Below, piece after piece: positions 40,501 through 49,722 of a stretch of 64,000 bases of DNA; positions within the stretch are counted from its first letter, which is position 1; every line of letters begins with the position of its first letter. This DNA is from Octopus bimaculoides (lineage: Eukaryota): NCBI RefSeq assembly GCF_001194135.2, contig NC_068985.1, positions 110,390,946-110,454,945 on the forward strand, in the 5' to 3' direction. A model generated the notes under the pieces. The model ran no database searches. It saw only the letters and a program-made list of their open reading frames with translations, and had not been told where the DNA came from. The translations under genes were made by a program, and so were the position numbers.

Positions 40501-42631
40501 ACAATGTATTTCAATAGAAATATTGCATAAAGAAGATTAGAAAAGTTTTATCTCTAAAGATGAAATTAATTTATCGACTGATGTTTTTTTTGCAGACCCT
40601 ATTCTTGTTTACTTGGTCAACTGCCTAACACAGATATTTACAGAGATGTGTCAGTATATCCATCAGTAAGTTGCCCCTTTTTTAAAAATATCTCTATTCA
40701 AAAGTACTGAAATTCTATAAGCTTCTAGGAAAGCCCTGCATTATATGTGCAATGATTTCATAAATAAAAATGTAATTTTTCCATCACCATCATTAGTATG
40801 TCTGGGTGAGCTGGATGAATCGTTAGCATGCTGGACAAAATGCTTAGCAACATTTCATCCATCCTTATGATCTGAGTTCAAGTTCTGCTGAGGTTTGACT
40901 TTGCCTTTCATCCTTTTGGGGTTGATAAATTAAGTACCATTGAAACACTGGGGTCAATGTAATTGACTAGTATTCTCCCCAAAATTTCAGGCCTTGTGCC
41001 TAAAGTAAAAAGGATTATTATATATCTACTTTCCATATGGCATGGGTTGGATAGATTATTGCACTTCAAGTCATTTCACATTCAGAATTACTGTCCTCTT
41101 ATTCATAGTAAGGGGAAACTGTGCCTTACTCACCCTTTCATTTTGACTCAGTTTCTACTGGATGCCCTTCCTAATACCAGTTATTTTACAGAGTGTACCA
41201 GGTGCATTTTATTGTGACACCGACATCATAGGGGTTGTCATATCCTCAATAAGACATGACTTAAGAGGTTCTTTTTGTCCTATGATATCTGTTCATTTGT
41301 CAACCCCTTTGGTCTTTATGGTTACACATACCAAAACACTATGTCTCAAAAGGGTCAAAGTGATCTAAATTAAAAACTTACGCAAGAATGGCTGTGTGGT
41401 AAGTAGCTTGCTCACCAACCACATGGTTCCGGGTTCATTCCCACTGCATGGCATCTTGGGCAAGTGTCTTCTACTATAGCCTCGGGCCGATCAAAGCCTT
41501 GTAAGTGGATTTGGTAGACGGAAACTGAAAAAAGCCTACCATCTACCAAATCCACTCACAAGGCTTTGGTCAGCCCGAGGCTATAGTAGAAGACACTTGC
41601 CCAAGGTGCCACGCAGTGAGACTGAACCCCAAACCATGTGGTTGGGAAGCAAGCTTCTTCTCACACAGTGACATCTGCACCCATATGGTGTAGAAAAGAA
41701 AGGAGGAATCAGACAGACAGAGACAATGCTAGATGACTTATGAGGAAAGACAGTAATGATAGAGATATAACGAAAGAGAAAGAGAGAGAGAGAGAGTAAT
41801 GGAAGAGAGATGCATGCTTGCTGGTAAAGGAGTGAGTGATAATTGTCAGTAAGAAGTGATTTAGGGGAGACAGAGTGATGGGTAACAGGATGGAAGAAGG
41901 TTTTGATGTTAGTTGGTAAGGGACAGTGTAAATGATGGGTAGTTGAAGTGGTGATGGGTATCATTAAAAGAGGGACTTTGAGAAGAAGGATTGATGATAA
42001 GCAGTGCAGAAGGGTAAATGAGAGATTGCATCATATAGCAATAAATTCAATGCAATCCTTTATTTTTACTCCAAACTTGAGATTCAGAAAGAAAAAAGAG
42101 GGAAGAGTAGTAAGATATGGGTTTTGGCGATAAATAAGGAATAGAATATGGACTGATTTAACGTTTCCCAAAGTAGTTTAGCTACAGATTTTTAAAGCCC
42201 TCACTCTAACACCCCATATGTGTGAGTTTACCCTGCTACTCTCCTCACACTCAGCAAAATAAGAGACTGTCCGGTCATGTTTCACAATTTCATACCTCTC
42301 ATCAGAGAACAAATACCCTCTCATCCTTATGCCCACAGAAAGATCTTTATAGTAGTTGCTATTTAAATCAAACACAAACGAGGATCAGTATAAATTAAAA
42401 CTTTGTGAGTGTGTGTATTTTCTCTCCCTCATTTTATGTCGTTAACATTTTTGTTTTTCTTTTGTCAGGCTGTCCAAATTAATGGTATCAAAATTTTCCG
42501 TTTCGAAGCTTCGCTCTATTTTGCCAATGCTGAAAACTTCAAACACCATATTTATGAAATGACAAATGTCAATCCAAGAAAACTGAAAACGAAAATTCAA
42601 ACATTCAAAAAAGTAATTACCATTTATTAAT

Positions 42632-42673
<42 letters not shown>

Positions 42674-45235
42674 AAAACCACATGGTAAGCACAGATCTGG
42701 GTGTGTGGTTAAACAGTTTGCTTCTCAGTCACATGGTTTTGGGTTCAGTCACACTGTGTAGCACTTTGGACAAGTGGCTTCTACTTTAGTCCTGGGCTGA
42801 CCAAAGCCTTGTGAGTGGATTTGGTAGACAATAACTGAAAGAAACCAATCAAACACACACATCATCATCATCATCGTTTAACGTCCGCTTTCCATGCTAG
42901 CATGGGTTGGACGATTTGACTGAGGACTGGTGAACCAGATGGCTGCACCAGGCTCCAATCTGATTTGGCAGAGTTTCTACAGCTGGATGCCCTTCCTAAC
43001 GCCAACCACTCCGAGAGTGTAGTGGGTGTTTTACATGCCACCGGCACACATATATATATATTTCATCATCATCATCATCATCATCAATTAACATTCGCCT
43101 TCCATGCTGTCATGGGTTGCACAGTCTGACAGGAGCTGCCAAGTAGAAGGCTACCCCAGGCTACTGTGTCTGTTTTGACATGGTTTTTATGGCTGGATGC
43201 CCTTCCTAACACCAACCACCCTGCAGAGTGGTGAATAATAAATAAATAAATAACTACAGATGGATAATGTGTTATACGTATATGCTTGTGCTGTGTCCTC
43301 TACTACCACTTGATAACCAGTGTTGGTTTGTTTACAACCTTTAAGTTAGAGGTTTGGTAAAAGAGACTGATAGCATAACTATCAGCCTTAAAAAAAAAAC
43401 TAAATACTGGGTCAATCTGTTTGACTAAACCCTTCAAGGCAGTGCCCCAGCATGGCCACAGTTTACTGACTGAAAACAAATAAATATACCAGTTCAATTT
43501 CATTCTCTACATTCACTGTCCCCTGTTATCCATATGTAACATACCAGTACCTTCACTGTCCATATGCTATATGCCAGTTCTCTATCACCATTCCCTTTCC
43601 ACAGGAAGAATCTGCTAATGATACGGCTCGCCCAGGTAATCCTAACTACAATATCGACCTCACCACTGTTATCATTGATGCTTCAAGTTGGAGTTATATT
43701 GACACTGTTGGCGTGAAGACTATCTCTCAGGTAATCTATGTACACCTTAACTCACACTATATTTGCATTGACATACATCTCACATTGCACTCACCTGCCA
43801 AATCTGATTTTGTCAGGTAGAGGTAAGTCTTAGTTTGGTTGTTTGCAGCCCTAAAGATTCTGCTTGTGCATTCACAGCAAACAAGACACAGGGCCAAACT
43901 TTAAATCATGTAGGTGTATTTTTATCCATTCCAATGTTGACACACAACCAGTTATACATTGCTATGAGTAGAGCAATGGACTCCAGTAATTTGAAAATTA
44001 GTGTCGACCGAACAGAAAATATCGTCTACGATGACATTTTGTAATCATATTGATATTATCAAAAGGAATATGATTCATAATTAAATAAGGAAATTTGTGG
44101 ACTTGGAATGTATAAGAGTATAAACAAGTGTAAGACACTGTAAACAACTGAAATAAAAGTATATCTAAATAACATTTTTTCTTAATACTTTTTATGTAGT
44201 GGTCGCAGGAAGCTCTGGCTTTCATTAGGAGTGGTCCACATAACCATTCATGATACAAAAACTGGGAGCCTATTTCAGTTCAGGGGTGAATTGTCATCAC
44301 ATGTCACTTAATCACAAACATGTGTCATATAACTGCACTAGAATGCTGTACCACCAACAATAAAGTGATTTCTCTCAGACATCACCCAGTAATCTATCAA
44401 GTCCATTTACACATTTCTCGATACATACTGCTGTAATGGCTTCCCTCCCTCATTTTATGCCTCCGTCGTAGATGGATAGATTTTCTAGTAATTGTAACTA
44501 GCAGAAAACCATCCAGTGGGACAGTATTTCTGCTAGTAATAGTAATAATAATCCTTTTTATTAAAGGCACAAAGCCTGAAATTTGGGGTGAGGGGACTAG
44601 TCAATTACATCGACCCCAATGTTTCACTGATCCTTAATTTATTGACCCCGAAAGGATGAAAGGTGGAATTTGAACTCAGATTGTAGTGTCAGGTAAAATA
44701 CCACTACGCACTTTGTCCAGAGTGCTAACAATTCTGCCAGCTCACCACCTTAGATGATGATGATGATGAGGAGGATGAGGATGATGATGACGATGACGAC
44801 GACAACGACGACGACGAGGAGAAAAAGAAGAAGAAGAATGATGATGATAATCTTTTCTACTCAAGACACAAGGCCTGAAATTTGGGGTGAGGGGACAAAT
44901 CTATNNNNNNNNNNNNNNNNNNNNNNNNNNNNNNNNNNNNNNNNNNNNNNNNNNNNNNNNNNNNNNNNNNNNNNNNNNNNNNNNNNNNNNNNNNNNNNNN
45001 NNNNNNNNNNNNNNNNNNNNNNNNNNNNNNNNNNNNNNNNNNNNNNNNNNNNNNNNNNNNNNNNNNNNNNNNNNNNNNNNNNNNNNNNNNNNNNNNNNNN
45101 NNNNNNNNNNNNNNNNNNNNNNNNNNNNNNNNNNNNNNNNNNNNNNNNGCAGAATTTGAATTCAGATTATAGCAATGGGCAAAATGCCTAGCAGCATTTT
45201 GTCCAGCGTTCTAATGATTCTGCCAGCTTGCCATC

Positions 45236-45275
<40 letters not shown>

Positions 45276-48200
45276 TGATGATGATAATAATAATAATAAT
45301 AATAATAATGATGATAATAATAATAATAATAACTGTTTCAAATTTTGGCACACAGTTATTTCGGGGGAGGAAATAAGTTAATTACATCGACCTCAGTGCA
45401 CAACTGGTACGTATTTTATAGACCCTGAAAGGATATAGGGCAAAATTGACCTCTGTAGAATTTGAACTCAGAATGTAATAGTAATAATAATAATAATAAT
45501 TATCTCAAGTTGATATTTCTATTTCTTGTCCAGGTTGTCAATGAATATGAACGAATTGGTGTAAAAGTGTTGTTGGCCCAATGTAAATCAGCCATCAGAG
45601 AGATGTTTGTGAAAGGCCACTTGTATGAATCCATTACAGAGAATTGTCTGTTTGTCACAGTCCATGATGCTGTACTCTCTGTCGTACAACCAAATTCACA
45701 GGTAAGAATTCCTACTTTAAAACCATATCAAATCAATATTTTAGTAATTTCTAATCAATGGCTGATCCACTTTCTCAGAGCAGTATGGTCCTTATGACTG
45801 TATGTATATGTATCTATCATCATCATCATCATCATCGTTTAACGTCCGCTTTCCATGCTAGCATGGGTTGGACGATTTGACTGAGGACTGGTGCAACCGG
45901 ATGGCAACACCAGGCTCCAATCCAATTTGGCAGAGTTTCTACAGCTGGATGCCCTTCCTAACACCAACCACTCAGAGAGTGTAGTGGGTGCTTTTACGTG
46001 TCACCCGCACGAAAACGGCCACGCTCGAAATGGTGTCTTTTATGTGCCACCCGCACAAGAGCCAATCCAGGGGCACTGGCAACGATCTCGTTCGAAAACC
46101 CTACANNNNNNNNNNNNNNNNNNNNNNNNNNNNNNNNNNNNNNNNNNNNNNNNNNNNNNNNNNNNNNNNNNNNNNNNNNNNNNNNNNNNNNNNNNNNNNN
46201 NNNNNNNNNNNNNNNNNNNNNNNNNNNNNNNNNNNNNNNNNNNNNNNNNNNNNNNNNNNNNNNNNNNNNNNNNNNNNNNNNNNNNNNNNNNNNNNNNNNN
46301 NNNNNNNNNNNNNNNNNNNNNNNNNNNNNNNNNNNNNNNNNNNNGTTTCTGTTGTGCCTGTAATTCAAAGGGGCCAGCCTTGTCACACTGTGTCACACGG
46401 AATATCCCCGAGAACTACGTTGAGGGTACACGTGTTTGTGGAGTGCTCAGCCACTTGCACGTTAATTTCATGAGCAGGCTGTTCTGTTGATCGGATCAAC
46501 TGGAACCCTCGTCGTCATAACTGACGGAGTGCCAGCCAACCACATGTTCCATGTGAAGTCATTTGGAAAATAGCAAAATTTGAATGACTGGAAGTGACCC
46601 AGAAAGAGTATAGTTTCATACATACAAGAGGAATAGGGGAAACAATTGTGTGTCAATGATGTATGTCCTATGTAAACATGTGTATATTTTTGTAGTTTCA
46701 TTCTGTGCATTCTGGACCCAGTATTTATGAACTTGTATGGATGGGTGTAAAGTTATCTTATCTATATTGTTTGTGGTGTAAGATTTTGATCTCATGTTAT
46801 TTTCAGTATTGTTATATATGTGTGTGTGTGCACATGCACACACTATCTCACTCATGCATGCACATCATCATCATCGTTTAACGTCCGCTTTCCATGCTGG
46901 CATGGGTTGGACGATTTGACTGAGGACTGGTGAACCAGATGGCTACACCAGTCCCAAACTGATTTGGCAGAGTTTCTACAGCTGGATGCCCTTCCTAATG
47001 CCAACCACTCCGAGAGTGTAGTGGGTGCTTTTACATGCCACCGGCACGAAGGCCAGTCAGGTGGCACTGGCAACCTCCATGCTTGAAATGGTGTATTTTA
47101 CATGCCACCTGCACAGGAGCCGGTCCAGCAGCACTGGCAACGATCTCACTTGAATGTCTTTACATGTGTCACAGGCACAAGTGCCAGGAAGGCGACGCTG
47201 GACACAGGTGCCACGAATATATATATATATATATATATATATACGTACATACATATATGAGCGTTGTAATTTGTTTGAAACATTATAGTGTGTGTACATC
47301 ATCATCATCATCACTTAACGTCTGTTTTTCCATGCTGGCATGGGTTGGATGGTTTGCCTGGAGTTGGTAAGGCCAGAGGCTGCACCAGGCTCCATTGTCT
47401 GTTCTGGCATGGTTTCTATGGCTGGACATTCTTCCTAACAACAACCATTCCATAAAATGTACTGAGTGCTTTTAACATAGCATCAGCATAAGTGCTTTCT
47501 ATATGGCACTGGCACTTCTATTAATTCTGCTGTACTTGAGTGCAGCAAGGTGCAAGATATTTTGAAGTATTTTAAAATATCTTTGAGCAACTCAACTGAG
47601 AAGTTAGGCAAAATATGTAAGGTGATGTCAATCAATGAAAATAAACAGGTAAGATATTATATTACCTTATGTACATTATATAATATACATTTCTGAACCT
47701 GGAACCATGTGGTTGGGAAGAAAACTTTTTACCACTCTGCTAGGTCTGTGCTTCGTGACTTATGTTTGAAATTAATATCTTTCTGAGCCCATGTTATGAT
47801 TTTTTTTCTTTCTTTCTCTTTTTGTCTTCAGGATCATAGTTTGGAGCCAGACTCTAAAGAATCTGTGACGAAAGCTTCAACATCCCGCTTAGATGCAGAT
47901 GTTGAATGTATTCAAATGAACAACATGGTTGGTTTCTTCTTTTCTTTTTCTTTTTTTTTTATATTTTCGAACTTACAACTTCATCTGTTTAGAGCTAAAA
48001 AATACAAAAATTAACCTATTATCTAATTCAGTAATCCTAGGATATTAAAACACTCATAATTCTTAGTTTTATTTTAGTGCTGCACAAATGAAACAACATA
48101 CTTCCTGCTGCAAGTAACTTTCCTAATTAAAGATTATTTCCTAATTAACCCATTACCTACCAGTGATTTCATATGAGATCACTTAAAAATTACAAATTCC

Positions 48201-49722
48201 GTAATTATCTGTCAATATTTACACATATCTAACTTTTTTGCTATATCTACTAGGTATATTTCTCTGATATTCAAATGAGGTTTGCTAATTTTTCACCCAA
48301 TATCTCGCTTATTTCTATTTAAAATGTTATTTTGAAATGTTATTTTGATCATTCCAGCGTGTTTCTAAGGCTGTTTTATGCTAGAAATCAAAGTTTCATA
48401 AAAAAATTCCAGTTAATAGAATTTTGGGAGGTAATATTGCCTATTCTCCTGATATATAATGTTAAGCAACGAAAATATTAAATTCTTTGCTGTAGCAACA
48501 TATCTACATTGGAATTTGAACTCAAATCCCACAAAAAAGTATTCTGGCAAGTAGAAGAGTTGCACCAGGTTCCAGTCTGATCTGTCTTAGTTTCTACGGC
48601 TGGATGCCCTTCCTAACACCTACCACTTTACTGAACATGTCTGCGCCACATGAGACACATCTAAAATGTATGTTTTATATTATTTTGTTGTAGCCATCTG
48701 GTTTCACCAGTCCTCAGTCAAATCGTCCAACCCATGCTAGCATGTAAAGCGGACGTTAAACGACGACGACGACGACGGCATCTATTAAGACTACAATATT
48801 TCACCTATGAAGGGGCAATGCTTAGTGGTAAGGGTACTTAGCTCATGATCGTAAAGTCGGGAGTTCAATTCCCAGCTGTGTTGTGTCCTTGAGCAAAACG
48901 CTTTATTTCATGTTGCACCAGTCCACTCGGCTGGCAAAAATGGGTAGTACTAGTATTTCAAAGGACCAGCTTTCTCACATTCTGTGTCCTGCTGAATCTT
49001 TCTAAGAACTACATTAAGAGTACACATGTCTAGAGTGCTCAGCCATTTACACAGTAATTTCACAAGCAGACTCTTACATTGTTCAGATCAACTGGGACCC
49101 TTATCGTCATAACTAACAGAGTGCCAGTTATTTCACCTCTATGTTTTATGATAGCTATTATATGCTTAATATGCATTCATTTTCTAGAGGGTATGAATTA
49201 CATTCTTCATTATTGAATTGTTTACTACACTCTCGGAGCGGTTGACGTTAAGAAGGGCATCCAGCTGTAGAAACTCTGCCAGATCAGATTGGAGCCTGGT
49301 GCAGCCTTCCGGTTTGCCAGTCCTCAGTCAAATCGTCCAACCCATGCTAGCATGGAAAGCGGACGTTAAACAAGGATGATGATGATGATGCATTCATTAA
49401 AGGTGGCAAGCTAGCAGAATCGTTAGCATGCTGGGTGAAATGCTTAGCGGTATTTTGTCTGGCTTTATGTTCTGAGTTCAAATTCTGTTGAGGTCGACTT
49501 TGCCTTTCATCCTTTCGGGGTTGATAAATTAAGTACCAGTTATCGAACTGGGGGTCGATCTAATCAACTGCCCCCCATCCCCCTCCCTAAAAATTTCGGG
49601 CCTTGTGCTTAGAGTAGAAAAGAATACACATTCATTACATTCTTGCAATATTTATTTGTTATAAACTAAATATCTTTTCTTTTCTTTTTTTTCCCCTCCA
49701 GAACACCCACGAGAGGCTTTAA
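7634..49722 (+). CDS. SLC26: SLC26/SulP-family anion exchanger (pendrin/prestin-like); 16 coding exons seen, 5'-partial
   Basis: Exons joined at GT-AG sites give one open frame of 1958 nt including the stop. Hallmark motifs: [57 protein letters not shown] and STAS DxS..YIDTVG. The paralog cannot be assigned by eye. Confidence 0.95.
8130..8362 (+). mobile_element. SINE family B (GCCTTTCATCCTTTCGGGGTCGATAAA core, Deu/Nin-domain-like), young copy
   Basis: GAGTTCAAAT B-box plus core; other copies at about 3463-3675, 8405-8600(-), 11955-12105, 40805-41005, 44560-44752(-), 45335-45475(-), 49397-49625, 58210-58400; domain name is from memory. Confidence 0.82.
8608..9036 (-). mobile_element. SINE-like family C (AGGAAGGGCATCCAGCTGTAG core, (GAT)n tail)
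   Basis: Other copies at about 7829-7925(+), 9673-9862(-), 20065-20460(-), 23982-24120(+), 28608-28880(-), 33130-33430(-), 42864-43232(-), 45817-46104(-), 46864-47515(-), 48690-48775(+), 49232-49390(+), 54560-54842(+). Confidence 0.85.
9144..9412 (+). CDS. SLC26: SLC26 exon B (269 nt) [10 protein letters not shown]...[10 protein letters not shown]
   Basis: ttgtag|GAACA acceptor, CAG|gtatgg donor, phase 1-0; TM3, loop and TM4. Confidence 0.95.
11294..11723. repeat. About 140-bp inverted repeat (11294-11435 vs 11583-11723) interleaved with about 45-bp direct repeat (11237-11284 vs 11537-11580)
   Basis: Arms aligned by eye, high identity. Confidence 0.93.
11389..11460 (-). pseudogene. 72-nt tRNA-like sequence (Thr-CGT-like), probably repeat-derived
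   Basis: D stem GTTT/AAAC, T stem GTGAG/CTCAT with TTCGAGT loop; anticodon stem only 3 bp, no T at position 33, acceptor mismatch. Confidence 0.5.
11761..11925 (+). CDS. SLC26: SLC26 exon C (165 nt) [10 protein letters not shown]...GPLKLIY
   Basis: ttccag| acceptor, TAT|gtaagt donor, phase 0-0. Confidence 0.96.
12300..12660 (-). mobile_element. Interspersed repeat with subterminal inverted motifs (DNA-transposon-like); inverted relative to 27425-28025
   Basis: Shares CCCTTCAAACTTTGCTTTTGTG, CTCAATACCACAGATTTG and GTCCCTTAGT blocks with the 27.4-kb copy. Confidence 0.7.
13462..13623 (+). CDS. SLC26: SLC26 exon D (162 nt) [10 protein letters not shown]...PVPIELIM
   Basis: tatcag| acceptor, ATG|gtaagt donor; P-x-P-x-EL motif. 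Confidence 0.95.
13740..14590 (+). mobile_element. Two further tRNA-headed SINE-like copies (about 13740-14030 and 14278-14590)
   Basis: A/B-box-like heads and TTGCTCCAGT(C/T)(T/C)ACT(C/T)AGC core; related copies near 55130-55280(-) and 63895-64000. Confidence 0.65.
16582..16696. repeat. Compound (GGT)n(GTT)n(ATT)n microsatellite abutting the exon E acceptor
   Basis: Direct observation. Confidence 0.95.
16705..16787 (+). CDS. SLC26: SLC26 exon E (83 nt) [10 protein letters not shown]...VGNIPTG
   Basis: attcag| acceptor, GG|gtgagt donor, phase 0-2. Confidence 0.95.
17355..17502 (+). CDS. SLC26: SLC26 exon F (148 nt) IPPPTPP...HDYDINPNQ
   Basis: tttcag| acceptor, CAG|gtaaca donor, phase 2-0. 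Confidence 0.96.
18262..18772 (-). mobile_element. SINE family A (tRNA-like head, internal TA/TG microsatellite), near full-length
   Basis: GGCTGTGTGGTAA...GGGTTCAGTCCC head; other copies at about 4550-4840, 9471-9660, 10820-11060, 17665-17925, 19655-20030, 28425-28580, 29090-29320, 30243-30405, 32568-32960, 42695-42845, 43275-43485. Confidence 0.85.
19347..19612 (+). mobile_element. Degraded LINE RT C-terminal fragment (CR1/L2/Jockey-like)
   Basis: VLGLTI ... [25 protein letters not shown] ... LDHI with stops and frameshifts. Confidence 0.6.
20601..20714 (+). CDS. SLC26: SLC26 exon G (114 nt) [38 protein letters not shown]
   Basis: ttgcag| acceptor, CAG|gtaaag donor; TM10 SLSRS anion-site motif. 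Confidence 0.96.
20993..22267 (-). mobile_element. Full-length (1275 bp) mariner with decayed transposase
   Basis: TA-flanked TIRs TCAGGTCATTAAGAATGAAAT(A/G)TCTG; ATG at 22078; WVPHEL and [13 protein letters not shown] motifs; several stops and frameshifts. Confidence 0.95.
22280..22560. repeat. Degenerate about 31-bp minisatellite (GTGAACTGTTTACTGATGTGGTATG...)
   Basis: Recurrent GAACTGTTTACT units. Confidence 0.65.
22843..22920 (+). CDS. SLC26: SLC26 exon H (78 nt) [26 protein letters not shown]
   Basis: ctgcag| acceptor, AAT|gtaagt donor. Confidence 0.95.
23550..23782. repeat. 80-bp near-perfect inverted repeat (fold-back/MITE-like)
   Basis: 23550-23629 vs 23703-23782, 2 differences, 73-nt spacer. 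Confidence 0.95.
25036..25245. mobile_element. piggyBac-like MITE
   Basis: TTAA|CCCTTTAGCATT ... ATCCTAATGGG|TTAA. Confidence 0.8.
25454..25838 (-). mobile_element. SINE family D, full-length (tRNA-like head, GTGCCAAC(AAC)n tail)
   Basis: GGCCCAGTGGTTAGGGC...GGTTCCGATTCCC head; other copies at 14840-15140(+), 46345-46535(+), 48811-49126(+). Confidence 0.85.
26254..26349 (+). CDS. SLC26: SLC26 exon I (96 nt) [15 protein letters not shown]...SKIDF
   Basis: ttccag| acceptor, TTT|gtaagt donor. Confidence 0.96.
26920..27210. repeat. CAC/CAT-rich low-complexity tract
   Basis: Degenerate ACC/ATC triplets with no credible product. Confidence 0.7.
27425..28025 (+). mobile_element. Interspersed repeat with an internal about 190-bp tandem duplication
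   Basis: TTGCTTGACCTTAA...GTTTGAAGGAAATAT block occurs twice; homologous to 12300-12660. Confidence 0.7.
30689..31100 (+). repeat. About 400-bp segment duplicated at 34269-34683
   Basis: Collinear alignment by eye starting TCTGTGATCTGCCA; roughly 90% similar (estimate). Confidence 0.92.
31113..31502 (+). mobile_element. SINE-like family C copy inserted in a TA run of the duplicated segment
   Basis: Absent from the paralogous segment at about 34680; long (GAT)n tail. Confidence 0.85.
31715..32010 (-). mobile_element. RTE-clade LINE RT fragment with Cys-rich segment
   Basis: [21 protein letters not shown]...[30 protein letters not shown]. Confidence 0.78.
32047..32274. mobile_element. piggyBac-like MITE (reverse orientation relative to 25036)
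   Basis: TTAA|CCCTTTAGCATT ... GTGCTAAAGAG|TTTAA. Confidence 0.75.
33990..34217. mobile_element. Second piggyBac-like MITE family, partial
   Basis: Ends GGTAACAAAAGGG|TTAA; TCTATGATACAAA block also near 26540 and 30620; related pieces at about 40340-40500 and 41300-41380. Confidence 0.45.
34684..35448 (-). mobile_element. Internally deleted Helitron with PIF1-like helicase fragment
   Basis: A|TC 5' start (about 35448), degenerate hairpin plus CTAG|T 3' end (34684); LLNL...LCNGTRLIV...GCGKGE-DVFIP...NKTQGQTL...FSHGQLYV; internal about 80-bp tandem duplication. Confidence 0.9.
35626..36086 (+). mobile_element. Penelope-like element GIY-YIG endonuclease fragment
   Basis: [20 protein letters not shown]...KAYI...[10 protein letters not shown]...[13 protein letters not shown]...[18 protein letters not shown]; one frameshift. 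Confidence 0.88.
36758..37608 (+). mobile_element. Rearranged mariner (irritans-like) with duplicated, inverted 5' end
   Basis: TA-flanked TIRs C(G/A)(A/C)GGTCTGATCAATAAGTATC(C/T)GGACTG; HTH region to LVPKLL; no catalytic domain. Confidence 0.92.
37744..38659 (+). mobile_element. Internally deleted mariner (916 bp)
   Basis: TA-flanked TIRs TTG(GA/AG)TCATCCCAT(C/A)A(G/A)TAATG; HTH region joined directly to HQDN...[16 protein letters not shown]; WVPHEL and first catalytic Asp missing. Confidence 0.92.
39180..39508 (-). mobile_element. Non-autonomous Helitron-like remnant (5' end)
   Basis: Plus strand ends CAGACAGACAC...TTTTATATATATAGAT, same terminus style as 35448; inner boundary uncertain. 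Confidence 0.55.
39572..39678 (+). CDS. SLC26: SLC26 exon J (107 nt) [23 protein letters not shown]...ARSSR
   Basis: tttcag| acceptor after poly-T, AG|gttact (weak donor), phase 0-2. Confidence 0.93.
40596..40665 (+). CDS. SLC26: SLC26 exon K (70 nt) [23 protein letters not shown]
   Basis: ttgcag| acceptor, TCA|gtaagt donor, phase 2-0. Confidence 0.95.
41391..41521 (+). mobile_element. SINE family A 5' half (left arm of inverted pair)
   Basis: tRNA-like head through GGTAGACGG. Confidence 0.88.
41539..41668 (-). mobile_element. SINE family A 5' half (right arm of inverted pair)
   Basis: Reverse complement of the left arm. Confidence 0.88.
42469..42612 (+). CDS. SLC26: SLC26 exon L (144 nt) [22 protein letters not shown]...IQTFKK
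   Basis: tgtcag| acceptor, AAA|gtaatt donor; STAS N-terminal part. Confidence 0.93.
43605..43730 (+). CDS. SLC26: SLC26 exon M (126 nt) EESANDT...[21 protein letters not shown]
   Basis: ccacag| acceptor, CAG|gtaatc donor; STAS conserved loop; missed by the ORF track. Confidence 0.93.
43847..44044 (+). mobile_element. Helitron helicase C-terminal fragment
   Basis: [28 protein letters not shown]...[10 protein letters not shown]. Confidence 0.82.
44754..44850. repeat. Compound (GAT)/(GAC)/(AAG) microsatellite
   Basis: Direct observation; source of the [11 protein letters not shown]. Confidence 0.9.
45534..45701 (+). CDS. SLC26: SLC26 exon N (168 nt) [17 protein letters not shown]...[15 protein letters not shown]
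   Basis: gtccag| acceptor, CAG|gtaaga donor; F-x-TVHDAV end of STAS. Confidence 0.94.
47832..47927 (+). CDS. SLC26: SLC26 exon O (96 nt) [10 protein letters not shown]...IQMNNM, cytoplasmic tail
   Basis: Strong pyrimidine tract and cttcag| acceptor, in frame; ATG|gttggt donor is weak; low-conservation region. Confidence 0.78.
49702..49722 (+). CDS. SLC26: SLC26 probable terminal coding exon NTHERL*
   Basis: Long pyrimidine tract and ctccag| acceptor, phase 0, TAA at 49720-49722; inferred from splice signals only. Confidence 0.68.
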   Translation, partial: NTHERL

